IMG/VR virus record: IMGVR_UViG_3300025096_003663
Location: 1 to 64,000 of that record
Reading direction: 5' to 3' (one strand)
Source: a virus
Length of the DNA stretch: 64,000 nucleotides
Shown here: one piece after another, positions 28,206 through 39,748 of the stretch
Numbering within the stretch: position 1 is the stretch's first letter
Layout of the letters: each line of letters starts with the position of its first letter
Program-made: the position numbers and the translations under genes
The notes under the pieces: model-generated
Seen by the model: only the letters and a program-made list of their open reading frames with translations
What the model was told of the DNA's origin: nothing
The model's database searches: none

Positions 28206-31200
28206 ATGGCGAAGAAAAAGAAAGCAACTACAGTAGACGAATCCCATCCCCCAAATCCGGATGATCAGTATAGCACCGTCATCCCTCCCATTGTGGAAGA
28301 TTGGACTTACCGCCCGGTTAATAAGCCTTTTTATGATCCTGAAGCTGTAGCATATGCTATTATAATTCAGTCTGGAAAGAAAATAAAGGGAGAGATATAT
28401 CTAACTCCGGATGAATCTGTTGATACTTCAACATTGCCCCGAGATAAAAATTCAGAGAAGAAGATTGTTAAGCAATCCACATTTCCTCACATCATCTCAG
28501 AAGCGAAAGAAAGAACTCTAAAATATTATAATAAAAGAGTAGATCCAGGAAACATTGAACTTCTTTCAGATTTGACGATCATCGAGCATGTACACATTTC
28601 GACACGCCCGCGAGCCCCAAACTTATTCTATGTCACCATCGATGCACCTAAATTTGATTTAATACCAGATTTGGGAAGATATATTTTGACACCCATAACC
28701 AAAGAAAGCTCTCTCTATCAACTGGCAGAGGAATATAAAGATTTCTTCCGGATTACTGATAATACAGAAAAAGGCAAAAGAGCACGAATCTCTGAAATAC
28801 TTCGAGCTAACGGCATTAATGTATTGGAAGCCGACAACTCAGAAGTAGAAGAATGGATATATAGAGTAAATTACGGGCTCGAAGATCCACCAGGTAAAGA
28901 CTCGAAATTCAATAAGGGCAGCGAAATTTACCTTCCCAACACGGAGCCTGACTTCTCTCGGGTGATATCAGGAGGGAAGGAGATAGAACTTCATATTGGA
29001 GACACTAAGCAAGATATAGGAAAATTAATAGCTCTTCTGAAAATCTATGATGAAAAAATTAGAGAATCTCAATTTGTAGTGAAGAATTTTGATATTGATC
29101 GGCAGATTAAAGAATTGGAAAATTTCCTACCTCGAATACGAACCCACTTCTTAGATAACGATTATAATTTTAGGAATTTCTTAGAAGACAATATTCGGCT
29201 AGGGCTGGATAAAGATTCCAATCTTATATACATAGGAATCAGCTCGTCCGGCAGTGTAGCATATTTAAATAAGGCAATGCCGAGCTTAGCACTCGAATCC
29301 CCTTTCAACAATCCAAGAACTATGAATTTACTCTCTTACCTACAAGAGATAGTATTGTTAAGTTCATCATCACTCCCATGGAAAGATTTCTTAAGCCGTT
29401 ATATATCTCCAGCCCCTCAAATTGTCAGTAGAGATCCTCAAAGTGTATTTGAAGATGCTCAGCAAAATACCAAAACTATTTTAGAACAGTTAGCTTCTCG
29501 CTTTGACAAGTTTTCAGCGAAAAGCAATCGGCAACTTGGTGAAGAGAATTCTATATATGGATCCGTACAGATAATGAACGGTATCTTTAATCAGCAGACA
29601 TCGGCTCTTCGAGACACTGGAGATGCAGTTATACGAGACTTAGCGAACATTAGCGAAAAGATCGAGAACCCCGGTGCCAGTGCTTGTGGAGCTGGCGCCA
29701 CGGTGTATAACGAAGTTCTTAATAAGATAGATTTCAAATCATTGGTGGCTTCAGCTATTGATTGTCTCAAGGAGCAGGTTCCATTTGATTGTGAAGATAT
29801 CGTTTTAGCAATTGCTGAAGAGAATCTAGATGCAGTTGCCGGAATCTTCCGGGCAAGAATAAATCCACAATATCACGACATACTGGAAGAAGCTTTACAG
29901 ATCGCCACATCAGGTGATTTCACTCTTTATCAAATAAAATATGAATATCAGTTTTATAAACCCTTAGAAGAAAAACTAGCTCAAGCTTCTGAAGGGCAAA
30001 TTTTCTTAGGGGCATTAGAATACGGACTCAATTCCGAGGGAGTAGATTACAATTCCTTGTTCCAAGAAGTATGTTCCTACTTATCCGATCCACGTCAAGC
30101 CTTATCAGATCTGACAGATGCGTTCTTCCTACCAACAATCTTTTTACCTGATAATCTTCCTACCGTTGATATCGATGAAATGACTACCGTTGCTTTCGAG
30201 AAAATGCTTCTTGAGCTCGTTTCATCGCTTATCGTCAAAACAGTTCAGGCAGTCATATCCACTCTCTTGAACCGATGTAGAGAAGGATCAGGATCGGGAG
30301 ATGGCTCTTCCTCTCCCGGCTACGGCTCTGGCTTGGATGTCGGAGCTGCCATTGCCGATAATGTTGGCGCACCCAACTTTAGAGAAGCAATGGAAGATTT
30401 GCTTGATTCACTTGGAACCTCTCCGTGGTCACCAGCATTGCCTACTGGTGGTGCATTCGAATTGATTGAATCCGGCACCGTCCAGCTAGCCTCCGATATC
30501 AGTTCCAGTTTGACTTCCTCTACTCTCGATATGGTAGAGACAGAAAGTAAATTCCTGGTTATGCAGAATCTTTTTACAATCTTAAAAGGGGAACTTACGA
30601 GTCCAGAGATCATAAGATTGTTAGAGGGTAGGGCATCTCCTTCTCTGCTCCAAGTGGTATTGAATATTATCCATCCTAGTTCCACCCAGCCACAGAATGA
30701 GATATTGTCTCCTCTTCGAGATTCCATCATGACGAAAGGAGATGTGGAAGAGATGTTTCAAAAAATAGCTAGCCTAGTAGATCTTGGACCTACGATTGAG
30801 CAAGTTAATATCTTAAGTAACCAACTCGGTTGCTCGTTGGACGACTTTGTTTCTTCAAGGGTGCCCCTTTGGTGTAATACACTTCCTCCCGATCAGACAA
30901 CACCTGTTGCTGAATCTGTAATTTACGATGAAAAGGAAAACTTTCTGGACTATTATCGATACTTGTGGAAGCCCAGCAACATGCTTCCTGATCCCTGTGA
31001 AGATCCAAACACCAATATCAACACCATAGTTCCCAAAGACAGCAACTCTTTCAGCTTCATGTTGGACAAGGTGCTAAAGACTATCTTTGATAATGTGTAT
31101 ATGGCTTATGATTCGTCCGTTCTTTCATTTCCAGACCCGATGTTTGTATTGACAGAAGAGCCTCGTAAGATCCCAAGAGTTCAAAGGACAGGCGCACAGG

Positions 31201-34200
31201 TGTCTATTGATTATTATAATTTTCAAAAATTACAAGAAGAAGAGCTTTCCTTTGAAATTCCGGATCAATTTGGACACGGATATGTTATAAACCCTGAATT
31301 CCAGAGATTAATATCAGACGGAATAGTACCAGCCGATGGTGATCCTAACGGACCTTATGGACCATATACGACAGAGAAACTAGATCTCATCGGTCGCCTG
31401 GCGGATATTCTACCAGAAGGTATACCCCTTACCGACTTTGGTTTAGACTCGGCAGGAAAGATGTTTGAGCTTCTTAAAGATTTTTTGGTAAGAAAACCTG
31501 CACCTCGAATTACTGTTAATGATACTGTTCCCGAGCTGGCAGCCAATTCAAAGGCAGCCCTGAAGAACATAGATAATTTAGTATTGAATTCTTCAACTCC
31601 GGGTCAAATTGAACTTGAGCTACAGCAGCCCACGGTGCTGGGAAATGTAGAATCCAAGATGATGCAGTATGTGCTACAGTTGAAGATGATGGAAAATAAT
31701 GATTTTCTACTTAAGATAGGTCAATTTCCACCAGATCTAGGAGCTCTCGCCGTCCAAGAGCCGGTACAATCTGAAAATTCTGCTTTCTTTTATGAAGAGT
31801 ACGAAGGTAATATTACCTTCCCTGCCACGGCTCACGATTTACTTCAATATGTGAGAAGTAACACTCCGTCCGCGATTTTTAATGACTTTCAACAAAAAGC
31901 AGACTTTCAGCGATTAATATATACAATAACAAGAAACGGCATAGAACATTATAGTGGAAACTTTTCTTCTCCTCCTAATGTTTTCAATGATAACCTGGTT
32001 GGAGATCTGAACGAATTTTCTGACACGGTAATGTATCACGATATTATCCGCCAGATGTTTTCTGGCATCTCTTCTCATATTCTGACATCGCCCATGCTTA
32101 GGTTTACAGGCGATATGGGCAAGTCCATCATTCGGGTACCATATTTATCTATTGTCGATTGGTCACCCCTCCCCAATGAAGACGAGGCTGCCTGTGGGCA
32201 CGATCCACACATCCTCTCCATAGATACTATTCGGCGACAGATGAAAGAGGATTACGAAAATAAGATTAATAAGATTGAATGCGACGATCTAGGGAACGAG
32301 ATAAGCTCCAATGCCCAGGGTCGTAAGGATCTCTCCTCCCTAGAGAAAGCCATTATGTCGGGATGTGTTCTCACCACCTTGAGGACTTATTCTCTAGAGC
32401 AGCTTTTAAGATCTATGTTTCCAGTCTCAGTCTTTTCAGGTTCGGATTTTATGACAGAAGTCCAGTTGAAATACATTGTTGATAAGGTTAATGATAACAT
32501 ATACGATAAAAGCGAGAGCTACTATGATGCTTTTCTGCAAGAACTGGAGAGAGTCTTTGGTGATCGAATGGAGGAATTTAGTCCTTACGGAACCATACCT
32601 TCGGTAATAGCAGACGGCAATAAATCGGGCATAAGCTGGGTTTATGCCCAAAGGGCTTTGGATGAGTTCTACGGAGCTAAGGATTTAGCAACAGAGGAAT
32701 TATCCTCAAGCCCCATAGGCAACGCCAATCTCGGCGGAGCATCCACACCAACAAACTCAGACATTTTCCAGCCAAGTTCAGACGAAGAGATTATCTCACA
32801 ACCCTCTGCCTCGCCCCCCACACCAGCGACGGGAGGCTCGTCTACTCAACCTCCGCTCTCTGCTCTAGAAGTTGGCTCGCCACCCAGTAATTTGCCTGCT
32901 CAAATAGAGGTAGTGGATACTGATGTTTCCGAGTCTTTGAATCCTGGATTATTAGAAGACCCCTGTACTGATCTGAATGTTCCGTCCCTGATTCCCACTA
33001 CTCCGCTGAGAGAAAATCTTAAATATAGAATAGCATTTCTCATCGAAGAGCAGGTTTATTCTTTGCTAGGAAAGTTACAAGATTTAATATCTTTTAAGGG
33101 CAACTTGTCTTTAGACGATAATTTTCTTACAAAAATCCTACCTCTGCTAGATACTCCTCGCTATGACGGTGACCCTCGTTTTGCCGAAACAGGAGACTAC
33201 GGGACAGTGACAGCAATCGCTCTCAAATCTCAAGCCGAAGAATATAATGATAAATTTAACCAATGGAAGGCTTCTAAAGAAGCTATATTGAGACTTTTCA
33301 GGCAAGCCCCTTTTCCTTCTGAGGCATATCGACAGGCTATGATAGATTCATTGGAGGCACCAGATCCACTGACTTTAGGAAGAAATTCAATTCCAGTTCT
33401 TGCTAGCACTGATTTGGACGGGACTACATTCTATTCTAAGCACACTGATAGTAGTGATTTATCTATGAAACGAGAACTTAAATATATGTCTGTTTCGAAT
33501 TTTAAACAGATTCTTTCAGCGAAGCTCGATGAATTCAAAACTTGGTATGAAGACGACGAAAGAGAAACAAATTGGAATGGCGAGTTTGGATTATTTAGCC
33601 ACCAAGAAGGCTCCGATAGTAAATACTATTGGGATCTTACTTCCAAGGGAGACGACGGGCAAGAAGGCAATAAGGGATTTTGGGAATGGTTTTTTGCCGA
33701 CAGTCAGTATAAGGACATGGATAAGTTCGCTCGAACATACCCCTATCCAGAATATGATGATTTTTTAGAAGGCATCCAGAAACATACCCCGATTCCAAAT
33801 GCGAGGGGGCTAGAATCATATTCCGGTGAATCCACACCGTCTTTTGACCCATCAGGCGAAGCGGGAAAACTCTTCTTAGAAAGATATATCCTTACAGAGA
33901 AGCAGGAGTCTGAAGAGACAGATGTATTTCCAGGCACAAGATTCATGTCCAGTGATCCCGATAGTCCGACCATTGCCAAAGAAAAGTTAGGTGGAGAAAT
34001 TAATTTAAGTTCTCAAGAAATACAAAATATTACCACATTTGCAGGGCAGATGAACGGGATTGCCATACAAGGGGATTCTGAACATTCTCCTGACAGCAAT
34101 GTCGCTGATAAATTTAAAAAGATATCCTTTGGACTTAGACTTAGCTATGTCTCGCCACTTTCGCCTTTCGTCCCAAAGTCTGATGAAACACACACTCTGA

Positions 34201-36143
34201 AAGTCGGCGGATACAATTGGAAACAGTCGTTCAACTCCACATGTCAAGAGAAAAGTAAATCATATGTGTTGAGAGAAGAGTATACTAAAAAATTCACAAG
34301 TTCTGAAGCAATTGGCGAGGCTCTGGAATCAACAGTAGGAACTTTACAGGGATACCAGGAGTTTGGTCCTACAGAGCCCGAAGAAGCAGAACAGTTGTCA
34401 GAACAAGTGTTGGAATCTGCAGCAAACTCTTTAGCCGAATCCGAAATAGAGAGTATGGCTGTTCACCGAGATGTAATGGTGTTCCCTATATGTTCGGTGG
34501 AATTGCCTATCCAATTATCCGACGATTTGAAATTTAAAGATTTCTTTAATTCTCTTGAAGTTGGACAAGGCTTTAAAAGCAAAAAGTTGGAAGATCTGTT
34601 CAATAACCAATATATGATACCTTTGGTTGAGCAAATGAAGAAATCTCAGCCATATAAATTACTTTTCAAATATTGTATCCCGTCCGATCCAATACTTTCA
34701 GCTACTTCGATATATTCGAATATAGTGAATGAGCTGCCTCAAGAATTTTTTAGCAAAACTAAGGAAGAGCTAAAGAGCCTCTTCGAAGTAGCTTTAAACG
34801 GCGGAGATTATACTTTCGAATCAACATCCCAAAGAGAATCTGGCGGCAATCGAGGGGCATATGCTCGTGCTTCCGCGAATTATGGAACTGACGGCAAAGC
34901 CCGAGATCCAAGTTTGTTTGACTTCGCGATAAAGACACCAAAGCTTATTTTTAAAGGACTTACAGAATTTATTGATCCAGTCATTGCCCCAGCATCAAAG
35001 ATAGTAAAGGCTGCAAATGCAGGTATGCTTATACCCCAAGTTATGAAGATTTTGAATCCGGATGGAACTGCCGGCGGCACCAACGACGAGAACTATTTCT
35101 TGACTCAAGTAGCTTTCCCTCGCGGCTCAATCCCTTTTCCAACTGGGGATATGCTTGGCGACGAGGTGACTGTCATCGATAAAGCACAAGGCTTTGGAGG
35201 AGCATCGGTAGATGAAGAGATAGTAATGTTTCGTTTTAGAGATGCTCAGCTTAAGAGCTCGGAAACCGGAAACAATTTGTTCGATAGATATATACAAAAT
35301 GTCTTTATGAAATATAAGCCACCTCTTGCCGCCATGGAGGAATACTATGAAAATGCTTCTGACTCAGCCCTTGTCCCTGAGAGCGAATCTCCGCTCTTCT
35401 CTGAAGAAACTAAAGCATTTCAGCGATTCGCACTCGGAACAGTGAAAAGGGACTTTGGATTAGTGGCTGGAGCTCTTATGAGCCAATATTCGAAAGATCT
35501 CAAAAAGGTGAGAGATGGTGTGGTGGAAGAGCTCAAAGACAGAGAGATGCTCACCGAAGAACTAGATATCCAACTTCATTTAGATGTTCTGCACCCGTTC
35601 TCCCGAGCTTTGTTTCAATTCTTACGCCAAGCTTCTGATTCGGTTACCTGTGGTGCCCGAGATGTGATAATAGGAATCTTACGAGGTGAAATAGTAGTAA
35701 ATCCTACTTATTTCAGCGGCATGGCAACCGGGTTTCTTACTGAAGTAGATATTAAAACAGAAATCGTATCTCTAAAGACAGACTCACCAATCGTGGATTG
35801 GGTTATTTGGGGCACAAACGGAGGTGCTTTCCATATTTCTAACCCGCCGATACCACAAACTATCTTTCCAGGATATCCCCTACCTTTGCCAATCACACCA
35901 GTAGCAATGTCTTCTCTTCCTTACGATATGGTACCATATGGACCAGGACCACCCCACAGTCCTCTTGGACATATTTACCATGCAGTCGTTGCAGCAGAGG
36001 GGCTGGCGAATGTGGATCTCGACATGAAAGATATCTTGAGAGAGGAAGAAGGCTTAGAAAGCAAGAAAAAGCTTCGTGGAAAACTATGTATAGATATGGA
36101 ACAAATCTCTGCCGAAGAAAGAAAACGGCGAGGCTTGGAGTGA
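28206..36143 (+). CDS. giant (2645 aa) putative baseplate/tail-associated protein
   Basis: Uninterrupted ORF between the spike-like and gp25-like genes, with a degenerate LysM-like segment and a Pro/Ser-rich linker. Confidence 0.7.
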   Translation: MAKKKKATTVDESHPPNPDDQYSTVIPPIVEDWTYRPVNKPFYDPEAVAYAIIIQSGKKIKGEIYLTPDESVDTSTLPRDKNSEKKIVKQSTFPHIISEAKERTLKYYNKRVDPGNIELLSDLTIIEHVHISTRPRAPNLFYVTIDAPKFDLIPDLGRYILTPITKESSLYQLAEEYKDFFRITDNTEKGKRARISEILRANGINVLEADNSEVEEWIYRVNYGLEDPPGKDSKFNKGSEIYLPNTEPDFSRVISGGKEIELHIGDTKQDIGKLIALLKIYDEKIRESQFVVKNFDIDRQIKELENFLPRIRTHFLDNDYNFRNFLEDNIRLGLDKDSNLIYIGISSSGSVAYLNKAMPSLALESPFNNPRTMNLLSYLQEIVLLSSSSLPWKDFLSRYISPAPQIVSRDPQSVFEDAQQNTKTILEQLASRFDKFSAKSNRQLGEENSIYGSVQIMNGIFNQQTSALRDTGDAVIRDLANISEKIENPGASACGAGATVYNEVLNKIDFKSLVASAIDCLKEQVPFDCEDIVLAIAEENLDAVAGIFRARINPQYHDILEEALQIATSGDFTLYQIKYEYQFYKPLEEKLAQASEGQIFLGALEYGLNSEGVDYNSLFQEVCSYLSDPRQALSDLTDAFFLPTIFLPDNLPTVDIDEMTTVAFEKMLLELVSSLIVKTVQAVISTLLNRCREGSGSGDGSSSPGYGSGLDVGAAIADNVGAPNFREAMEDLLDSLGTSPWSPALPTGGAFELIESGTVQLASDISSSLTSSTLDMVETESKFLVMQNLFTILKGELTSPEIIRLLEGRASPSLLQVVLNIIHPSSTQPQNEILSPLRDSIMTKGDVEEMFQKIASLVDLGPTIEQVNILSNQLGCSLDDFVSSRVPLWCNTLPPDQTTPVAESVIYDEKENFLDYYRYLWKPSNMLPDPCEDPNTNINTIVPKDSNSFSFMLDKVLKTIFDNVYMAYDSSVLSFPDPMFVLTEEPRKIPRVQRTGAQVSIDYYNFQKLQEEELSFEIPDQFGHGYVINPEFQRLISDGIVPADGDPNGPYGPYTTEKLDLIGRLADILPEGIPLTDFGLDSAGKMFELLKDFLVRKPAPRITVNDTVPELAANSKAALKNIDNLVLNSSTPGQIELELQQPTVLGNVESKMMQYVLQLKMMENNDFLLKIGQFPPDLGALAVQEPVQSENSAFFYEEYEGNITFPATAHDLLQYVRSNTPSAIFNDFQQKADFQRLIYTITRNGIEHYSGNFSSPPNVFNDNLVGDLNEFSDTVMYHDIIRQMFSGISSHILTSPMLRFTGDMGKSIIRVPYLSIVDWSPLPNEDEAACGHDPHILSIDTIRRQMKEDYENKINKIECDDLGNEISSNAQGRKDLSSLEKAIMSGCVLTTLRTYSLEQLLRSMFPVSVFSGSDFMTEVQLKYIVDKVNDNIYDKSESYYDAFLQELERVFGDRMEEFSPYGTIPSVIADGNKSGISWVYAQRALDEFYGAKDLATEELSSSPIGNANLGGASTPTNSDIFQPSSDEEIISQPSASPPTPATGGSSTQPPLSALEVGSPPSNLPAQIEVVDTDVSESLNPGLLEDPCTDLNVPSLIPTTPLRENLKYRIAFLIEEQVYSLLGKLQDLISFKGNLSLDDNFLTKILPLLDTPRYDGDPRFAETGDYGTVTAIALKSQAEEYNDKFNQWKASKEAILRLFRQAPFPSEAYRQAMIDSLEAPDPLTLGRNSIPVLASTDLDGTTFYSKHTDSSDLSMKRELKYMSVSNFKQILSAKLDEFKTWYEDDERETNWNGEFGLFSHQEGSDSKYYWDLTSKGDDGQEGNKGFWEWFFADSQYKDMDKFARTYPYPEYDDFLEGIQKHTPIPNARGLESYSGESTPSFDPSGEAGKLFLERYILTEKQESEETDVFPGTRFMSSDPDSPTIAKEKLGGEINLSSQEIQNITTFAGQMNGIAIQGDSEHSPDSNVADKFKKISFGLRLSYVSPLSPFVPKSDETHTLKVGGYNWKQSFNSTCQEKSKSYVLREEYTKKFTSSEAIGEALESTVGTLQGYQEFGPTEPEEAEQLSEQVLESAANSLAESEIESMAVHRDVMVFPICSVELPIQLSDDLKFKDFFNSLEVGQGFKSKKLEDLFNNQYMIPLVEQMKKSQPYKLLFKYCIPSDPILSATSIYSNIVNELPQEFFSKTKEELKSLFEVALNGGDYTFESTSQRESGGNRGAYARASANYGTDGKARDPSLFDFAIKTPKLIFKGLTEFIDPVIAPASKIVKAANAGMLIPQVMKILNPDGTAGGTNDENYFLTQVAFPRGSIPFPTGDMLGDEVTVIDKAQGFGGASVDEEIVMFRFRDAQLKSSETGNNLFDRYIQNVFMKYKPPLAAMEEYYENASDSALVPESESPLFSEETKAFQRFALGTVKRDFGLVAGALMSQYSKDLKKVRDGVVEELKDREMLTEELDIQLHLDVLHPFSRALFQFLRQASDSVTCGARDVIIGILRGEIVVNPTYFSGMATGFLTEVDIKTEIVSLKTDSPIVDWVIWGTNGGAFHISNPPIPQTIFPGYPLPLPITPVAMSSLPYDMVPYGPGPPHSPLGHIYHAVVAAEGLANVDLDMKDILREEEGLESKKKLRGKLCIDMEQISAEERKRRGLE

Positions 36144-36149
36144 TAAATA

Positions 36150-36521
36150 ATGTCTGGAATTTCGCCATCTCTACCTTTAAGAAGGGATCCACAGTATGCT
36201 GGATATGCCCTGAACTCCAACATGCTTGATGTAGTAAAGCAAAACTTCAAGCATTTGGTCCTCACGGCACCAGGGGAAAGGATGATGATTCCTGATTTCG
36301 GTGTCGGGATCAGGAACTTTCTTTTTGAACAAAATGACCAGTCCACATATGCCGCCATCCGTGGAAAGCTGGACGAACAGGTTCGGAAATACATTCCATT
36401 TATAGCAATCCAAGAAGTCCAGTTTGAAGGCGGAGAGATTCAGGATAATGGTGTTCAGATAGTTATAACATATGAAGTGGTTCCGCTTCAGTTCAGTGAT
36501 ACGCTTTCAATAGAAATTTAA
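36150..36521 (+). CDS. baseplate wedge protein, gp25/GPW family
   Basis: KQNFKHLVLTAPGERMMIPDFGVGIRNFLFE. Confidence 0.92.
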   Translation: MSGISPSLPLRRDPQYAGYALNSNMLDVVKQNFKHLVLTAPGERMMIPDFGVGIRNFLFEQNDQSTYAAIRGKLDEQVRKYIPFIAIQEVQFEGGEIQDNGVQIVITYEVVPLQFSDTLSIEI

Positions 36522-36537
36522 GGGAGGAGGATAACAT

Positions 36538-38331
36538 ATGCCCTCTGGCAAAAAGATATCAATAAATTATACAAGCAGGGACTTTGACACCATCAAGAGT
36601 GATCTGGTCAACTATGCTAAAAAATACTATTCTGACACTTATCAGGATTTCTCGGAAACTGGATTCGGCTCTTTGATGCTGGATACGGTTTCTTATGTGG
36701 GAGACATTCTCTCATTCTATGTAGACTACCAGGCGAACGAGGGATATCTAGCAAGTGCCATTGAATACGATAATGTGGTCCGCCATGCCCGACAACTAGG
36801 ATACCGGCTAAACAAGAGCCCTTCTTCCTATGGTACTGTAGCTTTTTATATAGTAGTCCCGGCAGTTGTAGATGGACCGAACCGAGCATATATGCCGATC
36901 CTCAAGCAGGGGTCCGTTCTCTCTTCCGACAACAACACCAGATTTACCCTAACAGAAGATGTGGATTTCGCTAATACCAAAAACAATGTCGTAGTTGCCA
37001 CAGTAAACAGCACAACCGGTCTGCCGACATCCTATGCAATCCAAGCTTACGGGCAAGTGGTTTCCGGAAGAATCGTCGAAGAGACAGTTTCAGTCGGCGA
37101 CTATGAAAGATTTAGGAAAGTCGAATTAGGCGGCACCGATATAGCGGAAATAGTTTCAATCGAAGATGCCGAAGGGAATGAGTATTTCGAGGTAGAAAAC
37201 TTATCTCAAAATGTTATTTTCCGAGCAGTAACAAATACCAACTCAGACGACAGAGAAAACACCCCATATCTTCTTAAACCACGATATATCTCCAGAAGAT
37301 TTACGACTGAAAGAGATAGAAATATAACAACAATACAGTTTGGTAGCGGAGATGAGAGCTCAGATAAGAGTTCAGCCATTTCAGAACCAAGCTCTGTAGT
37401 TATGTTTTCCTACGGCAAAGAATATATTTCAGATACAGCAATAGATCCAACAAGGCTCGTTGATTCTAACAAATTTGGAGTCGCCCCGTCTAACACATCG
37501 CTTAGAATAAGATATCGACTCAACAGTGCTGCTAGCAATAATGTGTCTGCCGGCGGTTTGACATCAATTGAGACATCTAACTTTTCTTTTGAAAACGAAA
37601 ATGATTTATCTAATATTCTCGTAGAATCTGTAGTATCTTCTGTTGAAGCAAACAATGAGAGTGCTATTGTTGGCAACATTTCGCTACCAACATCTGAAGA
37701 GATAAAAATAAGAAGCTTAGGTATGTTCTCAACACAGCATAGAGCAGTTACCAGGGAAGATTATATCAACCTCACTTATGCAATGCCAGAAAAGTTTGGA
37801 GCCGTGAAGAGAGCAAATCTTATCCAGGACAACAAATCTTTTAAGCGAAATCTAAATCTTTATATCATCTCAGAAGACGAGAACCAAAAGTTGGTACAGT
37901 CCAATCAATCTCTAAAAAGTAACTTAAAAACTTGGCTAAATAAGAACAAGATGATATCTGATTCGATTGATATACTAGATGCCAAGATAGTCAACTTTGG
38001 CATTGAGTTCGAAGCAATCGGAGAGGTAGACCAAGATAACTTTGACTTACTATCTGATGCTGTCGAGGCTCTATCTGAAAAATTCACAAAGAACTACGAC
38101 ATCTCGGAGAATATTTACATCTCAGACATCTACTCTACTCTAAAGAATGTTGATGGAATCTTGGATGTAACCAGTGCCAAAGCTGTCCTGAAAGTCGGCG
38201 GAGTATACTCTGATGTATTTTACGACTTCCAAGAGAACCTTTCGGCAGACGGAAGAATGATAAACATACCGAATAATGTCATCGTAGAACTTAAGCTGCC
38301 AGACATAGACATAAAAGGAGTTATTAGATAA
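36538..38331 (+). CDS. baseplate wedge subunit, T4 gp6/J-like
   Basis: YTSRDFDTIK..L, DFSE, SYVGDILSFY.D..ANE, ARQLGY, IQFGSG and RAVTREDY; SD ggaggagg. Confidence 0.9.
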   Translation: MPSGKKISINYTSRDFDTIKSDLVNYAKKYYSDTYQDFSETGFGSLMLDTVSYVGDILSFYVDYQANEGYLASAIEYDNVVRHARQLGYRLNKSPSSYGTVAFYIVVPAVVDGPNRAYMPILKQGSVLSSDNNTRFTLTEDVDFANTKNNVVVATVNSTTGLPTSYAIQAYGQVVSGRIVEETVSVGDYERFRKVELGGTDIAEIVSIEDAEGNEYFEVENLSQNVIFRAVTNTNSDDRENTPYLLKPRYISRRFTTERDRNITTIQFGSGDESSDKSSAISEPSSVVMFSYGKEYISDTAIDPTRLVDSNKFGVAPSNTSLRIRYRLNSAASNNVSAGGLTSIETSNFSFENENDLSNILVESVVSSVEANNESAIVGNISLPTSEEIKIRSLGMFSTQHRAVTREDYINLTYAMPEKFGAVKRANLIQDNKSFKRNLNLYIISEDENQKLVQSNQSLKSNLKTWLNKNKMISDSIDILDAKIVNFGIEFEAIGEVDQDNFDLLSDAVEALSEKFTKNYDISENIYISDIYSTLKNVDGILDVTSAKAVLKVGGVYSDVFYDFQENLSADGRMINIPNNVIVELKLPDIDIKGVIR

Positions 38332-39746
38332 TGGCTATTAAGAGATATATTGCTGATGCAGATAACACCATAACGGATGCCCTTAAATCAAACCTGATTG
38401 ACTCCGGAAGCCTAGCAAACATGGGAGAGGCAGACATCCTAGAGGTTTTCTCAATAAGAGGACAAGCCACATCTTCATCACTAGAGATTTCTCGGGCACT
38501 AACAAAGTTCCCAGTATCTACTATCATATCTGACCGAGCGGCAGGCACGATACCAAAGAGCGGAAGCACCAACTTTGTGTTACGACTTTCCAATGCTCCT
38601 CACTCGGAGACAACCCCAACAAAATTTAATTTAACAGTCCAGCCTATTTCCCGCTCTTGGGAGGAGGGATACGGGCTAGATATGGAAGAGTATAAAGACC
38701 TCGGGGCATCTAACTGGGTATCCTCATCTACAGGAGTATCTTGGACGACAGAGGGAGGGGATTATCTCACTTCTTCAAACTATAATGTATATTTTCCCGG
38801 CGGCGACGAAGATTTAGAAGTTGATATCACAAACCTCGTTGAGCAATGGATTGATGGAACCTTTTCCAACTATGGAGTGGGGGTTCATCTAACAGCCAGC
38901 GAGGAGAACTCTTCTAGAAGCTATTACACGAAAAAGTTCTTCGCCAGGGACAGCGAGTTTTACTTTAAGCGCCCATATGTCGAAGCAAGATGGGACTCTT
39001 CTGTTTCAGACGACAGGAACCAGTTTATTATCAGCAGTTCTCTTTTGCCGGCTGAGGATAATCTAAATAAGATCTATTTTTATAATAAATTTCGTGGAAA
39101 GTTTGTTAATGTGCCGGCAGTTGGAACGGGCAGCATATATGTTAGCCTCTATTCCGGTTCGGTCGGTCCTCTTGGAAGTAAACTAGATCTCCAAGGTGCC
39201 GCCACTTCCATAGAAGGAGCTTATGTCTCGGAAGGGATATATTCCGCATCGGTAGCTATTGACACGAGTTTTACTACATTATACGATGTATGGCACGATA
39301 ATGCTGGAACCGAGTTTTTTACCGGCAGTGCTATCAATCCAGTATCGTTCAATGCTTCATCGGATGACGAAGACGAAGAATACATCATTAAAATAACTAA
39401 CTTGAAATCTTCATATTCTAAGAACGAAAAATCACAGTTTAGAATGTATGCGAGAACAAAAGATTGGTCACCAAATATTTACACAATCGCCACTTCAGAC
39501 ATAGAGAATACTACAATAAACGATATGTACTACAAGCTCTATAGGAGCTCTGATTTGTATGAAGTCATTCCGTATGGCACTGGAAGCACGAACCATACGA
39601 AGCTTTCTTACGATGATAAGGGAAACTACTTCAATTTTGATATGTCTCTCCTACAAGAGGGCTACGAATATACATTCAAATTCTTGATAGAAGAGTACGG
39701 TGAATTTGTGGAACAGAAAGAAGAATTTAAATTTAGAGTTGATTAA
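38331..39746 (+). CDS. virion structural protein (beta-rich, DNRLRE-like N-domain)
   Basis: Follows the gp6-like gene; ADNTI, SRAL.KF, SWEEG.G and DITNLVEQW patterns. Confidence 0.65.
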   Translation: MAIKRYIADADNTITDALKSNLIDSGSLANMGEADILEVFSIRGQATSSSLEISRALTKFPVSTIISDRAAGTIPKSGSTNFVLRLSNAPHSETTPTKFNLTVQPISRSWEEGYGLDMEEYKDLGASNWVSSSTGVSWTTEGGDYLTSSNYNVYFPGGDEDLEVDITNLVEQWIDGTFSNYGVGVHLTASEENSSRSYYTKKFFARDSEFYFKRPYVEARWDSSVSDDRNQFIISSSLLPAEDNLNKIYFYNKFRGKFVNVPAVGTGSIYVSLYSGSVGPLGSKLDLQGAATSIEGAYVSEGIYSASVAIDTSFTTLYDVWHDNAGTEFFTGSAINPVSFNASSDDEDEEYIIKITNLKSSYSKNEKSQFRMYARTKDWSPNIYTIATSDIENTTINDMYYKLYRSSDLYEVIPYGTGSTNHTKLSYDDKGNYFNFDMSLLQEGYEYTFKFLIEEYGEFVEQKEEFKFRVD

Positions 39747-39748
39747 GA

